From NCBI GenBank assembly GCA_031420655.1, contig JANONC010000363.1, forward strand, positions 1 through 52,936: a stretch of DNA of 52,936 nt, written 5' to 3'. A model generated the notes under the pieces. The model made no database searches and was not told the origin of the DNA. It saw nothing but the letters and a program-made list of their open reading frames with translations. The DNA comes from Rhodospirillales bacterium (GTDB lineage: Bacteria; Pseudomonadota; Alphaproteobacteria; Acetobacterales; Acetobacteraceae). Position 1 is the stretch's first letter; every line of letters begins with the position of its first letter. Below are positions 48,604-52,936 of the stretch, one piece after another. A program made the position numbers and the translations under genes.

Positions 48604-48875
48604 ACTTCGCCAAAGGCGATCGAAGAACGCCGTCAACTCGTCAAATATCTCTTTCGATTCCGTGGTATTGAAGCCTAATTACAACGATTAGCCGGTTGCG
48701 TGCCGCGTGCGTTCCCTTGGGTGGAACAGTGCATCAACGCAAGGCGGGGTTGTCGAGAACCTTTCCGGGGCACCTGGCCGCGAGCGCGCCGACGTGAACG
48801 GGGTCCAAGATGCTGGAGTGGTCGCAACGCCGAAGCATCCGGCGAAGATGATATCCGGGGGCATCCGGCAGGGTC

Positions 48876-49112
48876 TCAGAACCACACGACCCGCACTATC
48901 GCGAACCCTCGCCGCAAGCACGCCGAGCAAGCGAAAACCTTCTCGAGGTCTAGGACCCCGTAGTCGGGACCTCGCTGCGCCAGCACGGGTATCACACGGA
49001 CATTGCGCTCCGTTTGGCAGGTGCCGCAGCGGACCACCAACACCGCCTTGGGGTAAACCAAATCGCGTAGGCCCAGGCTGTAAAATGGGATTACCCGGTT
49101 GCTGCCGGCCAT
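48876..49112 (-). CDS. hypothetical small zinc-ribbon-like protein (78 aa)
   Basis: These are the last 78 codons of the long minus ORF 48876..50474, from ATG 49110-49112. The sequence MAGSNRVIPFYSLGLRDLVYPKAVLVVRCGTCQTERN...LEKVFACSACLRRG has two CxxC pairs. It resembles small proteins often found beside mobile elements in alphaproteobacteria (from memory). Confidence 0.35.
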   Translation of the reverse strand: MAGSNRVIPFYSLGLRDLVYPKAVLVVRCGTCQTERNVRVIPVLAQRGPDYGVLDLEKVFACSACLRRGFAIVRVVWF

Positions 49113-49268
49113 GGCCAATCGTAGTTCGGAGCACAACAAGAACACTGGGTCATGGCCACCTTCCGTCGTACCTGCCCAGCCTTCGTCGGCCGACCGCGCT
49201 TCTTGGGTGGCTCCTACTTGGATTACGGCTCCGGCGCGGCCGCGGCTTTCCTGGCCGGCCACCTGTCG

Positions 49269-50430
49269 ATGTCGAAACCCCTGCCGCAAGGGGTCACCTA
49301 CCTCGGCACTATGCGTTGTCGCACCCGCAAGCTCGTAGACGGCAAGCGGCTGGACAAGACCTTCCCAACCGCGCGGCTGGCGCGCGAGTGGCTGGAGTCT
49401 GCTTCCGTCGCGGTCCGGGCCGGAAAGTTCGTCGACTCCAGGCCGCTGGACAGGATGACCGTCGGCCCGATGGTGGATCGCTTCGCCGAGGAGACGATGC
49501 AGGAGGGCGGCCCGCGGCGCGGCTACAAGCAGGACATAGGACATGTTCTTGCTCTGAAGACCGACGAGATTGCGCTCCTGCCGCGATCGAAGCTGACCCC
49601 TTTCGCTGTCCGCAATTTCCGCGTGAGCCAGCTTGAGGCGGGTTTCGCGAAGGCGACCGTGGTCAAACGCATGAACTTGCTTGCCTGAGTGTTGAAGCAC
49701 GCCACGAGCGAGTAGGGCCTGCCGCTGGTCAAAAACGTGGCGTCTGGGAAGCTCGTCAGCCGTCCAAATGGGGGCCGACCAGAAGCGCAAATGGCGTCTC
49801 CGCGTTCCGGGCGTGGCAGCCCAGCGGGTGGCGGAAAGCCGGGGCGAGGGGTGCATTCCCCACCGAAGAAAAGGTCCTCTACGAACTCGATGGAGAAGTC
49901 CGATAACATATTGAACCTGCACATGGTGCGGTTCGCGATGGCGTAGAGCACCCGTCTCGGGGAGCAGTTGGGGATGCGCTGGCGGCATGTCGATTTCGAG
50001 GCTCGTTCCCTCACTCTCGTCGGTAGGTTTGGACGATGGCACGAAGAACGAGGACCACCGCGAGGAACTGGGGCTCGAGGTCCGGGCGCTTGTGCCCCGT
50101 TCGATCGAGACCCTTCGGGAGATTAAACCGGAGAACGTGGATCCCAGCGCCCACGTTTCCCGGCGGGCGGATATAACGCCTTCAAAACCAGGATCGGACG
50201 GCCACTTCGGACGGCTGCCGGGAGGATGACAGGCACCATGAAGGAGCTTCACTACTAGGACGACCTCCGCTGCCATGACCTGAGGCACGAGGCGACGAGT
50301 CGGCTCGCAAAGGTGTTCACGGACAGCAAGATGCTCATGAGCGTGATCGGCCACATGGACCACAAGTCCATGCTTCGATATTACCAGCCAGATCCGAACA
50401 AGCTGGCCATGATCGCTGAGGAACACGGGC
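49269..50430 (+). pseudogene. tyrosine recombinase / phage-type integrase, multiply disrupted
   Basis: N-terminus: MSKPLPQGVTYLG...DRFAEETM...TVVKRMNLLA. Then in-frame TGA 49686-49688, TAG 49713-49715 and TAG 49944-49946. RLGEQLGMRWRHVDFEARSLTLVG is followed by a frame change near 50030 (TKNEDHREELG...VPRSIETLREIK) and TAG 50256-50258. The catalytic end is LRCHDLRHEATSRL...VIGHMDHKSMLRYY. Confidence 0.8.
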
Positions 50431-50464
50431 GCGCGCGCGGCCGGGATAGAGGTGGAGCCGGGCG

Positions 50465-50593
50465 CGCACCACATAGGCTCTCGGTTTCCGGCGCCATCCG
50501 GCGTTCGGCGGCAAAGCCGATCATCTCGCGCAGGAATGTGGAAACGGAACCCTTTTCCAGCACGTCGCGAAGGGCGATCTTGTCATTGGTCAA
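50465..50593 (-). pseudogene. IS256-family transposase N-terminal remnant
   Basis: The minus-strand translation LTNDKIALRDVLEKGSVSTFLREMIGFAAERRMAPETESLCGA resembles the conserved N-terminus NLRALVEK.PDADLLREMIGFAAQRLMELEVEGLTGA of alphaproteobacterial IS256-family transposases (from memory). Similarity stops abruptly. Confidence 0.55.
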
Positions 50594-50818
50594 CCCGGTG
50601 GCGATCCTTGAGTTCAGGATGTGTCTCGACAACCCAACCCTTGTTCAACACGGCCGCAGTGACCACCGCCTTGGACAGGTCACCCGCCTACGTCAGACTA
50701 GCGGCGGGCGCTTCGGCGGGCGACTTATCCACCGCTGGTACAGCACGTCAGGGGCACAACCCCACGTGGCCAGGTGTGTTCCATGGCAAGGCTGGGTCCA
50801 CCCAGGGGGGCCGAAGCG

Positions 50819-51082
50819 CTACTTGAGCTGGCTATCTTTGCTACCCCGGCGGTTGAACCCGGTGTTCGCCGGGCGACGATCCCGCGCCGACTGGCAGGCG
50901 ATGCAGGTCCGGACGCCGGGCAGCACCCGGCGGCGCGCTTCTGGGATCGTGTCGCCGCATTCAAGGCAAATGGGATCGGCATCACCCGTGGGGATGCTGG
51001 CGCGCGCTCTGAGAACGCCATCCATGACGGTGTCGTCGATCTGATCCTGCACCGCCCCGTCCGGCGCCCACCCGCTTGCCAT
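50819..51082 (-). CDS. TraR/DksA family C4-type zinc-finger protein
   Basis: ICLECGDTIPEARRRVLPGVRTCIACQSARD is the classic CxxC-N17-CxxC TraR/DksA finger. An AGGGG SD-like sequence lies upstream. Confidence 0.8.
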   Translation of the reverse strand: MASGWAPDGAVQDQIDDTVMDGVLRARASIPTGDADPICLECGDTIPEARRRVLPGVRTCIACQSARDRRPANTGFNRRGSKDSQLK

Positions 51083-51186
51083 GATCGACCCCTGCTATCT
51101 CTCTTTTCTGGGAGAGATGTCGGAATGAGCCCTGGTGGTTCCAAGGCTCAAACCGCTGCGCTGGACCGGGTGCCCCAGCTCCTCGC

Positions 51187-52194
51187 CTACTTCAAAAGCG
51201 TCGAAGTCAGGAACGCCATCACGTCTGCCCGTGCGGCCTCGGTCGCTTGCGCGTTGTGGCCGACATGCGCGCCGATCGCGACGCAAGGCGCGGTCTTGAG
51301 TAGGTAGGGCTGTCCCGTGTCCGCATCGACCAAGGTGCCGCCTGGTCCCTCCTTCAACCGGCAGTTGCGTGTGCTCTGCGCTTTCGGCACCGCAAGCAGC
51401 GGCGGCGAGGTCGGGCTGTCGAAGCCGTGCTGGCTGTCTGCGTACTCGGTCAGCGCGATGTCCACCCCGGCCGGCTTCAGGCGCGACACCAGGGTCCGGC
51501 ACGCCGCCGGGTTCACGTAGTCGTCGCTGCTGCCGTGATACAGCCGGATCGGTACCCCGCCCATCGCATCGTCCTTGTCGTAGGCGATGTTGCAGGGCGT
51601 ATAGAACCCGACATGAGCGGCAAACCGGTTCTGGCTGCCGAAGCCCGTGCGGAATCGCTCGACCGCCGCATAGACTGCCGGCACGGCACCCTTGGAGAAG
51701 CCCCAGACGGCGATGCGGTCCGGTCGGATGCGCGGGTGCGCCGCCAACACGTCGAGCGCCCGGAAGGCGTCCACCGTCATCGACAGCGAGTTGAGCTGAT
51801 CCTGGTCCTCGACCGTCGAGACGATGCCGCGGCCGGAGAAGCTATCGAGGATGAAGGCAGCGATCCCGGCCTCGTTCAGGATATGCGCCCACATGTCCGG
51901 GCCGGCGCCGATCCCGCCCGACCCATGGATTAGGATCACCGCCGGGACCCGGCCGCCCGCGCCGACCGGCAGGCGTAACTCGCCGCCCAGCAGCACCTCG
52001 GGTCCTGCCTTTTCGCCGCGCAAGAACGCATCCAATGGCAATGTTTGCGAGCGCACCGGCAGGATCTCGATCCGGCCCGGCCAGCTGCTGCCCTGGGCAT
52101 GGGCCGTGACAGGCGCGGTAAGCGCTCCGAGGGCTATGAGGCCCGCGATGGCGATCGTCGTCAGGCCGACGCGCCGCTGTACAAAATTGTGCAT
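51187..52194 (-). CDS. secreted dienelactone-hydrolase-family alpha/beta hydrolase
   Basis: The signal peptide is MHNFVQRRVGLTTIAIAGLIALGALTAPVTAHA. Other motifs: VILIHGSGG, nucleophile elbow VWGFSKGA, YHGSSDDYV and SQHGFD. A strong SD precedes the start. Confidence 0.85.
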   Translation of the reverse strand: MHNFVQRRVGLTTIAIAGLIALGALTAPVTAHAQGSSWPGRIEILPVRSQTLPLDAFLRGEKAGPEVLLGGELRLPVGAGGRVPAVILIHGSGGIGAGPDMWAHILNEAGIAAFILDSFSGRGIVSTVEDQDQLNSLSMTVDAFRALDVLAAHPRIRPDRIAVWGFSKGAVPAVYAAVERFRTGFGSQNRFAAHVGFYTPCNIAYDKDDAMGGVPIRLYHGSSDDYVNPAACRTLVSRLKPAGVDIALTEYADSQHGFDSPTSPPLLAVPKAQSTRNCRLKEGPGGTLVDADTGQPYLLKTAPCVAIGAHVGHNAQATEAARADVMAFLTSTLLK

Positions 52195-52198
52195 GGTT

Positions 52199-52204
52199 CC
52201 TCCC
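52199..52204 (-). promoter_or_regulatory. Shine-Dalgarno of the hydrolase gene
   Basis: The minus-strand GGGAGG lies 4 nt upstream of ATG (52192-52194). Confidence 0.7.
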
Positions 52205-52353
52205 GGCGCCTCATCCGTTCGGGCGCATGGCCCAGTTTGCGCATGCGGACCGGGAGCAAGGCAACAGGTCGGGTGAACGCCGGTCCCAGACCGTGTTTCC
52301 AGGTCGGTGCCTACCGGACTTACGCCCCGCCAAGTTCCTTCAGCGCCAGGCCG

Positions 52354-52542
52354 GAGTGCCAGATCTTCGTCGTGCGTTCGACGGCGCGCAACAAAGGTCT
52401 GACCGCGTGTTCGAACGTACTGACGGTCCGCCAGGACCGACTGGAGAGCATTGTGCTGGATAGGCTGCGAGACCGATTGATGAACCCGGTGCCGTTCGAG
52501 GCGAACGCAGCAGAATTTACTGTCGAGTGGAACCGACTACAG
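52354..52542 (+). pseudogene. large serine recombinase fragment (zinc-ribbon / coiled-coil region)
   Basis: RSTARNKGLTACSNVLTVRQDRLESIVLDRLRDRLMNPVPFEANAAEFTVEWNRL resembles Y.CS.ARNKGTCDN.LTIRRD.LE..VL.GL...LM.P.....F..E...E.NRL of alphaproteobacterial recombinase-family proteins (from memory). There is no catalytic N-terminus, and the fragment is cut off before the IS at about 52610-52636. Confidence 0.45.
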
Positions 52543-52635
52543 CCGTTGCAACTATGCCTCGCAGAAGAGGTAATGAGACCTGTGCGCGGGCGGCTTGAAC
52601 TGGCACGGCCCTCAGTGTCTGTCCGGCAGGAGCTT

Positions 52636-52655
52636 GGAGCCCGTTTGAGAAGGGT
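52636..52655 (+). repeat. probable left terminal repeat of the right-hand IS5-family element
   Basis: GGAGCCCGTTTGAGAAGGGT aligns with GAGGCCGTTTCGAATCGG at 1366-1383 (the end of the remnant). An alternative boundary is AGTGTCTGTCCGG at 52614-52626, which resembles the reverse complement of 618-631. Confidence 0.4.
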
Positions 52656-52717
52656 TGTGGCGGCTTCGGCGGTTGTGATTGAAGCTTGGGATGTGGACCC
52701 GAGAGAGCCGTGGCCGG

Positions 52718-52936
52718 ATGGCCGACATTGCGCGCAAGACCAAGCGGTATCCGACTGACCTGACCGACGAGGAGTGGGTCCGGATCGAGCCGCTGATGCC
52801 CAAACCGCCGAAACGGGGTCGCAAGCCCAGCGTGGACCTGCGGGAGATGCTGAACGCGATCCGCTACATGGCCCGCAGCGGCGGCGGCTGGCGGATGCTG
52901 CCGACTAATTTTGGTCCTTGGCAGACGGTTTACTGG
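52718..52936 (+). CDS. IS5-family transposase, N-terminal 73 codons (runs off the window end)
   Basis: This ORF is not in the supplied track because it has no stop inside the window. From ATG 52718 it reads MADIARKTKRYPTDLTDEEWVRIEPLMPKPPKRGRKPSVDLREMLNAIRYMARSGGGWRMLPTNFGPWQTVYW, the typical IS5/IS427-type N-terminal (DUF4096-like) domain. Confidence 0.85.
   Translation, partial: MADIARKTKRYPTDLTDEEWVRIEPLMPKPPKRGRKPSVDLREMLNAIRYMARSGGGWRMLPTNFGPWQTVYW

Noticed and set aside
48589-49268. tRNA gene or att site next to the integrase
   Set aside because: No cloverleaf-compatible sequence or GTTCGAATC-type T-loop was seen by eye. A proper tRNAscan or Infernal run would be needed to be sure.
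48707-50474. 309-aa (+) and 532-aa (-) ORFs across 48.7-50.5 kb
   Set aside because: They overlap the decayed integrase region in other frames and have no family resemblance. Only the last 78 codons of the minus ORF (48876-49112, CxxC...CxxC protein) were kept, as a low-confidence CDS.
50313-51044. 243-aa plus-strand ORF
   Set aside because: It is a composite. Its first ~40 codons are the C-terminal end of the integrase pseudogene, and the rest is antisense to the IS256 remnant and the TraR-like gene.
51097-51118. Hairpin ATCTCTC-N8-GAGAGAT between the hydrolase and TraR-like genes as an intrinsic terminator
   Set aside because: It has a 7-bp AT-rich stem with no U-tract on either strand, and it overlaps the likely SD region of the TraR-like gene. 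That is too weak to call.
52045-52758. 237-aa plus-strand ORF
   Set aside because: It starts antisense to the hydrolase gene and runs into the IS element. Only 52354-52542 resembles a serine recombinase, so that part was called as a remnant rather than a gene.
1-52936. The window as a circular molecule cut inside one IS5 element (right-edge N-terminus plus left-edge C-terminus forming one transposase)
   Set aside because: The left copy's upstream ~190 nt do not continue the expected transposase sequence after ...WQTVYW. The terminal-repeat candidates also differ. Nothing in the window supports circularity.
1-52936. CRISPR arrays, rRNA genes, defence-system genes
   Set aside because: No short direct repeats with spacers and no rRNA-like conserved stretches were seen. 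No nuclease, methylase or helicase gene sets were recognised outside the features listed.

Overview
High-GC window (GC judged by eye, not computed) dominated by one uninterrupted 39,786-nt ORF (1703-41488, + strand, 13,261 aa). It encodes a giant modular surface or secreted protein. The N-terminus has a basic stretch and an LEPRVLL (LEPR-XLL type) motif but no Sec-like hydrophobic signal. The body contains 12 alternating pairs of PPC-like beta-sandwich modules interrupted by 3 LamG domains and one lectin-like domain, 17 CARDB domains, two beta-propellers, 9 putative-Ig (He_PIG type) units, a short RHS/YD segment, dockerin-like and cohesin-like modules and Big_2 domains. A unique non-repetitive region carries a degenerate alpha/beta-hydrolase, amphipathic helical stretches and an HEYGHALGLDD metalloprotease motif. 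It ends with six 89-aa cadherin-like units (two 267-bp blocks nearly identical), 4 DUF4214 repeats and a PKD domain. Tightly packed downstream are a DUF3467-like 91-aa protein, a GAF-GAF-TM-HlyD adaptor, a PqqD-like/S2P(M50)/HlyD fusion, a convergent truncated SecA paralog (motor domains only) and a divergent small signal-peptide adaptor. I found no ABC transporter, TolC-like gene or RTX repeats. I propose this cassette as a candidate dedicated, non-T1SS export and processing system for the LEPR-XLL giant protein; this is inference and needs comparative genomics. Both flanks are mobile-element debris. Left: IS5-family fragments bracketing a low-GC ORFan. Right: a multiply disrupted tyrosine integrase, an IS256 remnant, a TraR/DksA zinc-finger gene, a secreted dienelactone-hydrolase-like gene, a serine-recombinase remnant and the 5' part of another IS5-family transposase running off the window. 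No rRNA, tRNA or CRISPR array was recognised. Domain coordinates inside the giant gene are approximate (about +/-30 nt).
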